Shown here piece after piece: positions 37,326 to 48,425 of a stretch of DNA of 64,000 bases. A program made the position numbers and the translations under genes. Location: NCBI RefSeq assembly GCF_001447785.1, contig NW_015175470.1, forward strand, positions 64,545 to 128,544, read 5' to 3'. Origin of the DNA: Gekko japonicus. Taxonomy: Eukaryota. The notes under the pieces were generated by a model. That model saw only the letters and a program-made list of their open reading frames with translations. It made no database searches and was not told the origin of the DNA. Numbering within the stretch: the stretch's first letter is position 1; each line of letters starts with the position of its first letter.

Positions 37326-38214
37326 ATATATATATATATATGACAAGCTTTTATATATAATCATATATATATGATTCCAAATTTTATACAGCCATTATGA
37401 TATAATATATACATGTATACATTTCCAATAAAATGATATGCATATTCACACAGAAATTAATTCTTCCAGATCGACATCAGGGACTGTGTTTTTAAGAAAA
37501 CATAGTAAAAACCATATAAGTATTTTGAGGGATATTGTCTCTTGAGATTATTATATATTGAATTCAGTTTTGAACCCCAGAACTTCTGAATCTTACCACA
37601 GTCCCCAAAATATGGTCTAAAACCACATTAGTACATTCACATCTCAAACTTTTATCAACCAAAATAATATTTTTTGGGGAACTTTACAATCTGCCAAAAT
37701 TAATTTTCCAAACCCAACACCACTCATTATTAAATATTTCTTTTCCTAATATCCTTTCTCACTTCAAGAAATGATTATTCAATAACAATTATTTTGTATG
37801 GATTTTTTCCTAGTATAGCAAAATCTACAATAACAAAAATGAAAGATACAGAGAATGTGTAATTAAGCTGAGGAAGCACTTTGTGTGGCAGACAGAATTA
37901 ATGTTTCTTATATACTGCAGTGCTTATAAACAAGACTGAAAATACTAAAAAAGAATGATGGGTAGTGGGGGTGTCAAACATGCATCCCATGGGCTGGATC
38001 AAGCCCCCAGAGGACTTCTATAAGGCCCACACTGGAACTGGCTGCCTCCTGCTACTTCTTCCACTTCTGCTGCAGTGTTGTAGCTTGCTTTGCCAGACTC
38101 TCTCATAAGACCATAAGAGACGCCAATGTTGAATCAGGCCAAAGGCCCATCCAGTCCAACACTCTGTCACACAGTGGCCAAAAATACCAGGTGCCATCAG
38201 GAGGTCCATATTAG

Positions 38215-38314
38215 AAGTATTGAGATCAGATGATGTGTTAGCAGGAGGCCTTACATAAACAAACATTGCAATGGAAATAAGCAGAGACAACACAGTACAT
38301 AAGGAAGGCAAGCA
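38215..38314 (-). pseudogene. Olfactory receptor TM6/ECL3 fragment
   Basis: CLPSLCTVLSLLISIAMFVYVRPPANTSSDLN, flanked by CR1 and L2 fragments. Confidence 0.75.
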
Positions 38315-38334
38315 AAGAGGGCATGCCCAAGGTA

Positions 38335-38865
38335 TTTATTTATATTTATTTTATTAGATTAGTATCCCACCCTCCCTGCATAGCAGGCTCAGAGCAGGTT
38401 CCATCATAAATAATATACAAACAGTGACAATTAAAATACACAACAATTAAAATGCTTCAGTTAAAATACAGCTACTACTAATTCCTGTATTTCGAACCAG
38501 CGCCTCAAGAGGTAAGGTCTACTACAGTTTGGGTTATGAATGATGACACATCTGATCCACTGGAGGGGAGGCACAATAGACTGCAGACGCCTGCTGCGTC
38601 AGCTAAAAGCCTGGTGGAAGAGCTCCATCTTACAGGCCCTGCAGAACTTTAAAAGATCCTGCAGGGCTTTGATCTCCTATGGGAGCTAATTCCACCAGGT
38701 AGAGGCCAGGGCCAAAAAAGCCCTGGCCCTAGCTGCAGCAAGATGGATGTCCCTGGGTCAGGGACAATCAGAAGGTGCTGATGTGCTGATTTGCTGGTCA
38801 TAAAGTTCTCTGGGGCTCATAAGGGGAGAGGTGGTCTTGAAGATATGCAGGCCCCTGGCCATATA
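38335..38865 (-). mobile_element. L2-like LINE 3' fragment
   Basis: (TTTA)n end, tatcccaccctccc...ggctcagagc, ttccaccagg signature. Confidence 0.6.
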
Positions 38866-38905
38866 GGTACAAAAATAATGAATAAAATAAACTAGAGAAG
38901 ACAGT

Positions 38906-39871
38906 TCAGCCTGGTTTTACTAGAAGAATTTTACTGGAGCTGGTTTGGGGAAAATGTCCAAAATCAGTGAGCTTTAGCAATGCAGTCTTGATTTCTTTGT
39001 TTCTCATGCTATAGATGAATGGATTCAGCAATGGAGGTAATATAGCATAAATCACAGCACAAATTACATTCATCTCAGAAGAAGTGTTACCGGGAGGCCT
39101 CACATAGGCAAACATTCCAGTGAAAACAAGCAGAGACACCACAGTGAGGTGGGGAAGGCAAGTGGAGAGGGCTTTTTTCCTACCGTGCACAGAAGGGATT
39201 CTGAGCACTGTTGTAATGATCTCCATGTACGTTAAAACCATGAAGATAAAGCATCCAAGCACTATGACAAAACTAAGAATAAGGAGGCCAATTTCAACTA
39301 AGTATAGGTCAGAGCAGGAAAGTTTTAGTAACTGTGGGGTCTCACAAAAGAACTGATTGACCATATTGGAACAGAAGGTGATGGCAAAAGTGCCAGCCGT
39401 ATGCAATATGCCATAAATTACACCACTTATCCATGCACCTCCTGCCATCTGCATGCAGACTCCTCTGTGCATAATTGTTTCATATTGCAGTGGTTTACAG
39501 ATGGCAACATAGCGGTCATAGGACATTGCCATGAGGATGGCAAAGTCTGAACCTCCAAAGAAGAAGAGAAAGAATACCTGGGCTACACATCCAGAATAAG
39601 AAATCGACCTGCTATGCAAGAGGGAGTTGGCCATAGATTTTGGCATTGCTACGGAAACTGAGCCAAGGTCCAGAATGGCCAAGTTCACAAGGAAAAAGTA
39701 CATGGGAGTGTGCAGTTGATGATCAAGGACTACTGAAAGGATTATTATAAGGTTGCCAGTTACTGCAATCAAGTATACTGCGAGGAACACAAAGAAGTGC
39801 AAAAACTGTAGTTCTGGGACATTTGAGAGTTCCAGGAGCAGAAATTCAGATGTGGAGGAAAGATTAGACAT
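38906..39871 (-). CDS. Olfactory receptor, OR14-like, 321 aa, intact
   Basis: MSNLSS (N-glycosylation), PMYFFL, MSYDRYVAIC, KALSTC, PPLLNPFIYSMRN; acceptor tttcattctacag| near 39900. Confidence 0.96.
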   Translation of the reverse strand: MSNLSSTSEFLLLELSNVPELQFLHFFVFLAVYLIAVTGNLIIILSVVLDHQLHTPMYFFLVNLAILDLGSVSVAMPKSMANSLLHSRSISYSGCVAQVFFLFFFGGSDFAILMAMSYDRYVAICKPLQYETIMHRGVCMQMAGGAWISGVIYGILHTAGTFAITFCSNMVNQFFCETPQLLKLSCSDLYLVEIGLLILSFVIVLGCFIFMVLTYMEIITTVLRIPSVHGRKKALSTCLPHLTVVSLLVFTGMFAYVRPPGNTSSEMNVICAVIYAILPPLLNPFIYSMRNKEIKTALLKLTDFGHFPQTSSSKILLVKPG

Positions 39872-40239
39872 TATGCCTCAGTATCAAGATGTGAGCTACC
39901 TGTAGAATGAAAAAAGAGAAGTCGTTTTAATTGAATAACGTCCTAAATGGTGGTAAAACAGAGAGGGGACCAAGATTATTCCTGCTTTCCTGTCCCGTCT
40001 TCCTGCTGTTTTGTCCCATCAACCATCACACATTGTACATAAAAATGCATGAACGTCGGGTATGCATACTCAGTCTGTATTACACCATATACTGTGGAGG
40101 CATCCTACATGGTGACACCTTCCACATGCATACCTGTTGTACATACAGAGATGACCCATGCATGGAAGATGGAAGAAGGGCAATGGATAGCTTTCAAATT
40201 CTCAGTCCACAATTTGCCTCCTCCAAGGAGTCTATTTGG

Positions 40240-40612
40240 ACAGATGCAGCTCTCGAAATTAGACAGTACCAGGGTTGGGACATTATATCAGCAGAACATT
40301 GTTCATGTGCTATGTCATATTAACTTGTCAGAAGCTTTTTATTCAACGCTACCAATTCCATCTCACCGCCGCACCTTTATGCTGGCCCGCTTAAATGCAT
40401 TTCCAACGATGGTAACTTTGGGAAGATTTGGAGGCCTACCCTACTCAGATCACCTTTGTCTGTGCAATTCTGGAGAAATTGAAACCTTAGACCATCTGAT
40501 GTTTCACTGTCCCCATTGGACTCAAGTTAGAGGCATTTATATTTTTCCTATTCTTATGAAGATGAATCTTCCCTCGCAACCTTGGGTGCTTTCAGTACTG
40601 TTATCTGACTCA
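40240..40612 (+). mobile_element. Non-LTR retrotransposon ORF2 C-terminal fragment (RTE-X-like)
   Basis: RRTFMLARLNAFPT...GRF...CLCNSGEIETLDHLMFHC Cys/His motif; clade assignment tentative. Confidence 0.55.
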
Positions 40613-40894
40613 AATGCCCTGAATCTCGGAGCCAGGAAGCAACATCAGGGCAATGGCCTCTATGCCCTGTTGTTGGCCATCCAGAGGAACTAGTTGGCAA
40701 TTGTGTGAGACAGGATGCTGGACTAGATGGACCATTGGTCTAATCCAGCAGGGCTTTTCTTATGTTCTTATGACTGGAGGTGGCATCCAGCTGGCTGTTT
40801 CACTCACTCTCACTCAGTTCCCGATTACTTTACGTATGTGCCTTTTGACCATGCTGTTCCCATGATCTTGAGACTTAGACTTCAGGGTGACCAT

Positions 40895-41244
40895 AAAGCT
40901 AAAAGGTAATGGTTTCCCTTGCTTGAAAGCTAGTCGTATCTGACTTTAGGGAGCAGTGCTCATCTCCATTTCCAAGCCCAAGAGTCAGCACCATCCAAAG
41001 ACATTTCAGTGGTCATGTGGCCAGCATGACTAAACGTCGAGGCACACAGAACACTGCTACCTTCCCACCGAAGCAGTACCTATTTGTATACCTGCAATTT
41101 CTTGCTTTTGAACTGCTAGGTTGGCAAGAGCTGGGGCCAGAGAAGGGAGCTCATTCCCTCACACAGCACTAGGATTTTGAACTGCTGAACTACTGACCTT
41201 CCGGTCTGCAGCTCAGTCTCTTAACCTCTGAGTCACCGTGGCCC
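40895..41244 (-). mobile_element. Sauria SINE
   Basis: Degenerate (AAAGGT)n tail and gtggtcatgtggccagcatgact...gaactgctaggttggca core. Confidence 0.85.
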
Positions 41245-42384
41245 CAGCTGCTCATATGCCATCCAGGTATTACATTTATTGATCCAATGAGATTGGAAAA
41301 CCCCAAAATGAGACACAAAGAAACATTGAGGGCAGAAGGAGGAGGGAGAAACAAGAAGAGAAGCAAAAAAGAATTACAAGAATGGGCTTGGTGATATTTT
41401 ATCTGAGTGTGTGTCTGAGAGAATGAGTGAGGGAAATAGAGTCCTAGTTCTCATCTGTGTTCATGATGTCATTTCCGACTGCATAAGCTAGGCTGCTCTA
41501 CCTTTTGTCCAAATTCGTGTTCAAAATGGAGCACAAGAGCTGGGATGAAAGGCACTTCTGGGAATAAGATGCCAACAGGCCAGCTGATAGCAAGAGATTA
41601 AAGGAGTGAAGTTAGATACACCTCTGGTGACCACTGCGTTTGCAGCTTCTTCTCCACCTTCCTGCTGTAATTACTTGTAATGAAGGAGTAGCTAGTTACC
41701 ATGTAAGGTCCAGACTGGATGTTCCCAGATTTTCCCCAAATTGCCTAAAGTGCATGACGAATGTCACAGTAAACAGACATGGTCTTTTGACTTGTTAGGA
41801 TGTACCAAGGTTGGCAAAAATAGTGCAGATGGCAGGCATATTGGTAGGATAATGATGGGCACTTGGAGGCATCTGAAAGTGAAAAGCTAGCTGCTTAATG
41901 GCTGCATGGTAGGCGGGGTGGGGTGGAGGGACTCTGTTGGTGCTGAGCCGCATCACCAAACTCTTAGTCATTTTATTTAACCAAGTTAGAGTCCAATGGC
42001 ATCTTTAAGACAAACGAAGTTTTATTCCAGGTGTGAGCTTTGGTGTGCTGGGTCACTCTGTTGGTCTGTTAAAAAAAATCTTCATTATTTTGCATGCTAA
42101 GCTGACGAGACATTATTTATTTATTTATTCAAATTTGTATCCCGCCCTTCCCACCTAAGCAGGTTCAGGGCGGCATACACAAATGAAAGTATACTAACAT
42201 TCAGATACCATAAAATTTCTATAACAGTTCATAAGTGCTAGCAGAAGAGTTTTTGCTATCATACAGATGGCATTCCTATCTATACAGCTATGATATGTAA
42301 TTCCATTTCATTGTCTAATAAAGTGTGCATGCACAGAAAAGCTCACACTTTGAATAAAGTTTTGGTGGTCTTTAAGGTACCATT

Positions 42385-42739
42385 ACGGAGCTGTGGTGGC
42401 TCAAGTGGTTAAGATGCTGAACGGCAGGCTGTGGAAGGTCAGTAGATCAGCAGTTCAAGACCCGAGTGTGCCGCATGACGGAGTGAGCTCCTGTCTCTAG
42501 TTCCAGCTCCTGCCAACCTAGCAGTTCGAAAGCAAGAAATTGCAAGTAGATAAATAGGTACCACTTCGGTGGGAAGGTAACAGCGTTCCGTGCACCTTGG
42601 TGTTTAGTCATGCCAGCCACATGACCACGGAAATGTCTTCGGACAGCGCTGGCTCTTTGGCTTTGAAACGGAGATGAGCACCGCAACCCTAGAGTCGGAT
42701 TCGACTGGCTTTCGAGAAAGGGAACCTTTACCTTTACCT
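42385..42739 (+). mobile_element. Full-length Sauria SINE inserted in a Penelope-like fragment
   Basis: tRNA-like head, core agcagttcgaaagc, (ACCTTT)n tail, 14-bp TSD TTTAAGGTACCATT (42371-42384, 42740-42753). Confidence 0.92.
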
Positions 42740-42910
42740 TTTAAGGTACCATTGGACTCCCAAACAAGTGGTGGTGGGTGGGGGGTGAGTCTGCACTGTA
42801 GGCAAAAACAGGATCAGGCCTTCATAACTTTTTAAAATTTCTCTGACATGGTTGTAGCCAACAGTACACAGTCATGTTTAATTTACCTCTCAGGATTCCT
42901 CAATTCCTCT

Positions 42911-43179
42911 NNNNNNNNNNNNNNNNNNNNNNNNNNNNNNNNNNNNNNNNNNNNNNNNNNNNNNNNNNNNNNNNNNNNNNNNNNNNNNNNNNNNNNNNNN
43001 NNNNNNNNNNNNNNNNNNNNNNNNNNNNNNNNNNNNNNNNNNNNNNNNNNNNNNNNNNNNNNNNNNNNNNNNNNNNNNNNNNNNNNNNNNNNNNNNNNNN
43101 NNNNNNNNNNNNNNNNNNNNNNNNNNNNNNNNNNNNNNNNNNNNNNNNNNNNNNNNNNNNNNNNNNNNNNNNNNNNNNN
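42911..43179. other. Assembly gap (269 N)
   Basis: N run inside the OR duplication unit. Confidence 1.
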
Positions 43180-43449
43180 ATATTTTTTTAAAAAAAAAAC
43201 TCATGACAGATAAAAGTAACATACATTCAAGTTTGCATTCGACTTTCCATGCTAGAAGTGAGTATATCGTAACTCCCTTAGCTTGTTTCCAAAGAAATTG
43301 CACAAGACGTGATTTTCACAAGTCACCCACCGTGTTTTGGGCGGGTCTAGCGAAACGCAAAATTGCAAGAACTAAGGGAATAGAGGCATATGATTTAGAA
43401 TGGTAAGATAGTAATCTCAGCCCATTAGAAGAGGAGCTATGGTAAGCAG

Positions 43450-43655
43450 AGGGGCACAGGCTTGGCACTGGAACATCTGCTTGGCATGCAAAAGGTCCCA
43501 GGTTCAATCCCAGGCATCTCAAGCTAAATGGATTAGGTGGTAGGCGATGTGAAAGACCCCTGCTTGACACCCTGAGGAGCCCCTGGCAGTCCATTTAAAC
43601 AAGGCAGACGTTCATGGACCCGTGGTCTGATTCAGTATAAAGCAGCTTCCTCTGT
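43450..43655 (+). mobile_element. tRNA-derived SINE with CR1-like tail (Squam2-like); duplicated copies at ~46895 and ~59605
   Basis: catctgcttggcatgcaaaaggtcccaggttcaatcccaggcatctc head; ggtctgattcagtataaagcagcttc tail. Confidence 0.7.
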
Positions 43656-44035
43656 GTGCATGTATGTGTGTTTGTGGTACACAGACAGAATTCTTGGGTT
43701 GAAGATAAGGTGCAAAATGACTTCCTCTGAAGGTAGAAGGCCTCATGGTATCATTGGTAGGGGGCTCGTATTGATGTCTTTCTCCTCCTCATTACAGTTA
43801 TCTGTTTGAAATGTTTTTTTTTCCCTTGTGGGACCTCTAACCCCCTCACCAAGCATCACATTTGCAATCCTTCCTCACAGCTGTGTACTGATAAAAGGGG
43901 GACGTGAAAAACCTCTATCTGTCCCACCACCTTTTGCTCATAATTCACAACATCCAAACAATTATTTCCTGTAGATTATATCATGCATAGCCCAGGGTAC
44001 AAAACCATTAAACACAATAAACTAGAGAAAACAGT

Positions 44036-45001
44036 TCAGCCCAGTTTTACTAGAAGGATTTTGCTGGAGCTGGTTTGGGGGAAATGTCCAAAATCAGTGA
44101 GCTTTAGCAATGCAGTCTTGATTTCTTTGTTTCTTATGCTATAGATGAATGGATTCAGCAATGGAGGTAATATAGCATAAATCAAGGCACAAATTACATT
44201 CATCTCAGAAGAAGTGTCACCGGGAGGCCTCACATAGGCAAACGTTCCAGTGAAGAGAAACAGAGACACCACAGTGAGGTGGGGAATGCAAGTGGAGAGG
44301 GCTTTTTTGCGACTGTTCACAGAAGGCATCCTCAAAACCGTTGCAAAGATCTTCATGTAAGTTATAACAATGTAGATAAAACATCCTCCAAATAAGCCAC
44401 CGCTAAACAGAAGAATTCCGTTTTCAGTTAGATATAAGTCTGAGCAGGAAAGCTCTACTATCTGTGGAACTTCACAGAAGAACTGATTGATTATATTAGA
44501 GCAGAAGGTGATGGCAAAAGTGCCACCGGTGTGTAATGTGGCATAAAGTATACCGGCAACCCATGCACTGGCTGCCATCCGAATGCAGGCTCCTTCATGC
44601 ATGATTGTCTCATATTGCAATGGAGTGCAGATAGCAACATGCCGATCATGTGCCATCACTGTTAGGATGGCAAAATCTGACCCTGCAAATAGGACATGGC
44701 AGAAAACTTGAGCCACACATCCTGAATAAGAAATGGACCTGCTATTTATGAGGAGATTCACCATCGCTTTAGGTAACGTGACAGAAATTGAGCCAAGATC
44801 CAGAATGGCCAAGTTCATGAGGAAGAAGTACATGGGGGTGTGCAGGTGATGATCAAGCACCACAGCCGTGGTGATGAGAAGATTGCCAGTGACTGCTACC
44901 AAGTATACTGCTAAGAAGACAAAGAAATGTAAGATCCGTAATTCTTGGATATCTGAAAATTCCAGGAGCAGAAATTCAGACGTGGAGGTAAGATTGGGCA
45001 T
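44036..45001 (-). CDS. Olfactory receptor, OR14-like, 321 aa, intact
   Basis: Start MPNLTS at 45001 after acceptor ccctacag|; MAHDRHVAIC, KALSTCIPHL, PPLLNPFIYSIRN. Confidence 0.95.
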   Translation of the reverse strand: MPNLTSTSEFLLLEFSDIQELRILHFFVFLAVYLVAVTGNLLITTAVVLDHHLHTPMYFFLMNLAILDLGSISVTLPKAMVNLLINSRSISYSGCVAQVFCHVLFAGSDFAILTVMAHDRHVAICTPLQYETIMHEGACIRMAASAWVAGILYATLHTGGTFAITFCSNIINQFFCEVPQIVELSCSDLYLTENGILLFSGGLFGGCFIYIVITYMKIFATVLRMPSVNSRKKALSTCIPHLTVVSLFLFTGTFAYVRPPGDTSSEMNVICALIYAILPPLLNPFIYSIRNKEIKTALLKLTDFGHFPQTSSSKILLVKLG

Positions 45002-45639
45002 TTTGCTCTCAGTAGCCAGTTGCAGATTACCTGTAGGGCTGAGTAGTGGAAATATTTTAGAGAACAACCTTCAGCAGACCTCCTCAGAATCCTACTCTCG
45101 TCTATGCAATGGGGCTTTCTCTCAGGGAATGTTCTTCTGACTGTACTGTGAACCTACTAATATCAGTGAATGGTTACTCAGGATTCCTTGCTCGACCATC
45201 TCAGTCCAGTAGATAGCCCTGTTTTGAATCAGAGACAAATGGTACAATTTGTGCATGGGCAAACTGGATGAATGATCAGCATCTTGCTGGCTGTCCCAAC
45301 CCCCTCACTTTTGTTTCCCCAGACCTAAGCTTGTATAGCTTTCACTCACACAGACTCTGTATGCCTGATCTGAAACTATACTGCGTGTCTTAGAGGGACT
45401 TTAAATGTATTAAATTTCTGTATACATCGATTTTCTAAATTACAGAATGATAATTGAGGAAGATTCAGTGGGCAGGGTCCTGATCCTTTAGCCACACTTA
45501 TGCTCCACAAGTAACGGCTGTTGTTCCATGGACAACACTGCCCCCATAGGGACGGGTTACTGGGGAGGCCAGACTGGACAAGGGAAACTGCTCACTGGGG
45601 TCTGTCATTTTGGAGTATATTCTCTACCCATAAGGAGTT

Positions 45640-45850
45640 AACAGAGCAAAATTTGAGTCCAGTGGCACCTTTAAGACCACCAATGTGTTATTGAAGGTAT
45701 AAGCTTTCATGTGCATGCACACTTCTTAAGATCCCTGAAGAAGTCTGCATGCACGGAAAGCTGATACCGTGAATAACATTTTCAGTCTTAAAGGTGCCAC
45801 TGGACTTGAATTTTTGTTCTGTTGCTTCAGACCAACATGGCTACCCACCT
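45640..45850. mobile_element. Head-to-head Penelope-like termini with degenerate hammerhead motifs
   Basis: ~90-bp imperfect inverted arms gagtccagtggcacctttaagac... / ...gtcttaaaggtgccactggactt centred near 45732; copies at 49087, 60911 and 62799. Confidence 0.7.
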
Positions 45851-47459
45851 GTAAAGAGTTAGATTTGCCAGATTGTTCAAGGAAATAATGTACAAAACAC
45901 AGCCCGGAAAGCCTTGGAGCATTGTTGTCAAGCACCTGTCTTGGATGCCTGGGAATACAGGGACCTTGGTGGAGTACAGTGCCACATGGTCCACCCTCCA
46001 AAACATCCATTTCACCCCCAAGGGGAACTGATCTCTCTACTCTGGAGATGAACTATAATTCCAGGAGATTCCCAGGTGCCACCTGGAGGCTGGCATCCCT
46101 ACAGCCCCTGATTGCTTACAGCTTTTGTCTGTGCAGAACCCCAACAGAGCTTCTCCTGATGGACTGCTTACAGCTTTTGTCTGTGCCGATCTCCAGCAGA
46201 GCTTCTTCTGGTGGTCAAAGGGGACCTTTCCTTCCTTTTTCACCAGCAGAAATGTTGGTTGAATCCAACCCAATGACTTATTTCACCTGAAAGGACGACC
46301 CCAACAACTCAACAAGAAAGCTTCTCAGCCTCTGCAGGAAAATGCTGTGCAGCTCACTGTGTAGTAAAAGGCAGAACACATTGGCTGGTGTCATACCTAT
46401 ATTTTCAGTAGTGTTTGGAAATGCAATGAAAGTAGGGAAATAAGATGAAGGTAGCTAGGATTTATCTCATGCATAGTTATGGATTCATTTTTTCAAACAT
46501 GTTTAACGCAGAGTATATTGTCTTTCCAATAGAGTAAAGCATCTCAAATGTCATGCTTCCCAGAAGAAAGGTTTTATATACATATTCATCTGTTTTTATG
46601 CTTATAAATTTACATATATTAATGCCATAGAAATAACAATCTGGAAAATATATTAAAACATCTCCAGACAAATGATAAAAGTTACATACATTCAAGTTTG
46701 CGTTCAACTTTCCATGCGAGAAGTGAATACATCTTAACTCCCTATGCATGTTTCCAAAGAAAGTGCCCAAGACGTTGTGATTTTCACAAGTCACCCACCA
46801 TGTTTTGGGTGGGTCTAGAGAAATATAAAATCGCAAGAACTAAGGAAATGAAGACATACAATTTACAATGGTAAGATACTGATCTCAGCCCATTAGGTGC
46901 AGAAGGTCCCAGGTTCAATCCCAGGCATCTCAAGCTAAAATGATTAGGTGCTAGGTGGTGTGAAAGACCCCCTACTTCACACCCTGAGGAGCTGCTGGCA
47001 GTCCATTTAGACAAGATAGACCTTAAAGGACCAATGGTCTGATTCAGTATAAAACAGCTACCTCGAGGTATGTGTGTGTTAGTGTGTTTGTGTGGTACAC
47101 AGAAATAATTCTTGGGTTGTAGATAAGGTGCAAAATGACCTCCTCTGAAGCTCTAAGGCCTTGTGGCATCATGGGCAGGGGGCTTGTATTGATGTCTTCC
47201 TCCTCCATATATCAGTTACTTGTTTGAAATGGTTTTTCTTTTTTGTGGGACCCCTAACCTGCCCCACCCCCCAGTATCACATTTACAGTCCTCACAGCTG
47301 CGTACTGATAAAAGGGGAAAGTGAAAAACCTCTACCTCTCCCGCCACCTTCTGCTCCTACTTCACAACATCCAAACAATTATCTCCTGTAGATTATATCA
47401 TATATATTATATAGCCCAGGGTACAAAACCAATAGACATAATAAACTAGAAAATACAGT

Positions 47460-48425
47460 TCAGCTCAGTTTTACTAGAAGAATTTTGCTGGAGCTGATTT
47501 GAGGGAAAAGTCCAAAATCAATGAGCTTTAGCAATGCAGTCTTGATTTCTTTGTTTCTTATGCTATAGATGAATGGATTCAGCAATGGAGGTAATATTGC
47601 ATAAATCACGGCACAAATTACATTCATCTCAGAAGAAGTGTTACCAGGAGGCCTCAGATAGGCAAACATTCCAGTGAAAAGAAGCAGAGACACCACAGTG
47701 AGGTGGGGAATGCAGGTGGAGAGGGCTTTTTTGCGACTGTTCACAGAAGGCATCCTGAGAACCGTTGCAAAGATCTTCATGTAAGTTATAATGATGTAGA
47801 TAAAACATCCTCCAAATAAGCCAGCACTAAACAGAAGAATTCCAGTTTCAATTAGATATAAGTCTGAGCAGGAAAGTTTTACTATCTGTGGAAGTTCACA
47901 GAAGAACTGATTGATTATATTGGAGCAGAAGGTGATGGCAAAAGTGCCACTGGTGTGTAAAGTGGCATAAAGTATACCGGCAATCCATGCACTGGCTGCC
48001 ATCCGAATGCAGGCTCCTTCATGCATAATTGCCTCATATTGCAATGGATGGCAAATAGCAATATGCCGATCATGTGCCATTACTATTAGGATGGCAAAAT
48101 TTGACCCTGCAAATAAGAAGTAGAAAAATACTTGAGCCACACATCCTGAAAACGAAATGGACCTCTTATTCATGAGGAGATTGTCCATCGCTTTAGGTAA
48201 TATGACAGTAATTGAGCCAAGATCCAGAACAGCCAAGTTCATGAGGAAGAAGTACATGGGCATATGCAGGTGATGATCAAGAACAACAGCCGTTATGATG
48301 AGAAGATTGACAGTGACTGCTACCAAATATACTGCTAAGAAGACAAAGAAATGTATGATCTGTAGTTCTTGGATATCTGAAAATTCCAGGAGCAAGAATT
48401 CCAATGTGGAGGTAAGATTGGGCAT
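47460..48425 (-). CDS. Olfactory receptor, OR14-like, 321 aa, intact
   Basis: MPNLTS start at 48425; MAHDRHIAIC, KALSTC, PPLLNPFIY; TM1 GN changed to VN. Confidence 0.93.
   Translation of the reverse strand: MPNLTSTLEFLLLEFSDIQELQIIHFFVFLAVYLVAVTVNLLIITAVVLDHHLHMPMYFFLMNLAVLDLGSITVILPKAMDNLLMNKRSISFSGCVAQVFFYFLFAGSNFAILIVMAHDRHIAICHPLQYEAIMHEGACIRMAASAWIAGILYATLHTSGTFAITFCSNIINQFFCELPQIVKLSCSDLYLIETGILLFSAGLFGGCFIYIIITYMKIFATVLRMPSVNSRKKALSTCIPHLTVVSLLLFTGMFAYLRPPGNTSSEMNVICAVIYAILPPLLNPFIYSIRNKEIKTALLKLIDFGLFPQISSSKILLVKLS

Noticed and set aside
45002-45067. N-terminal extensions of ORs in the ORF track (also 48426-48449)
   Set aside because: Non-ATG starts that cross or follow the splice acceptor; MPNLTS is the conserved start.
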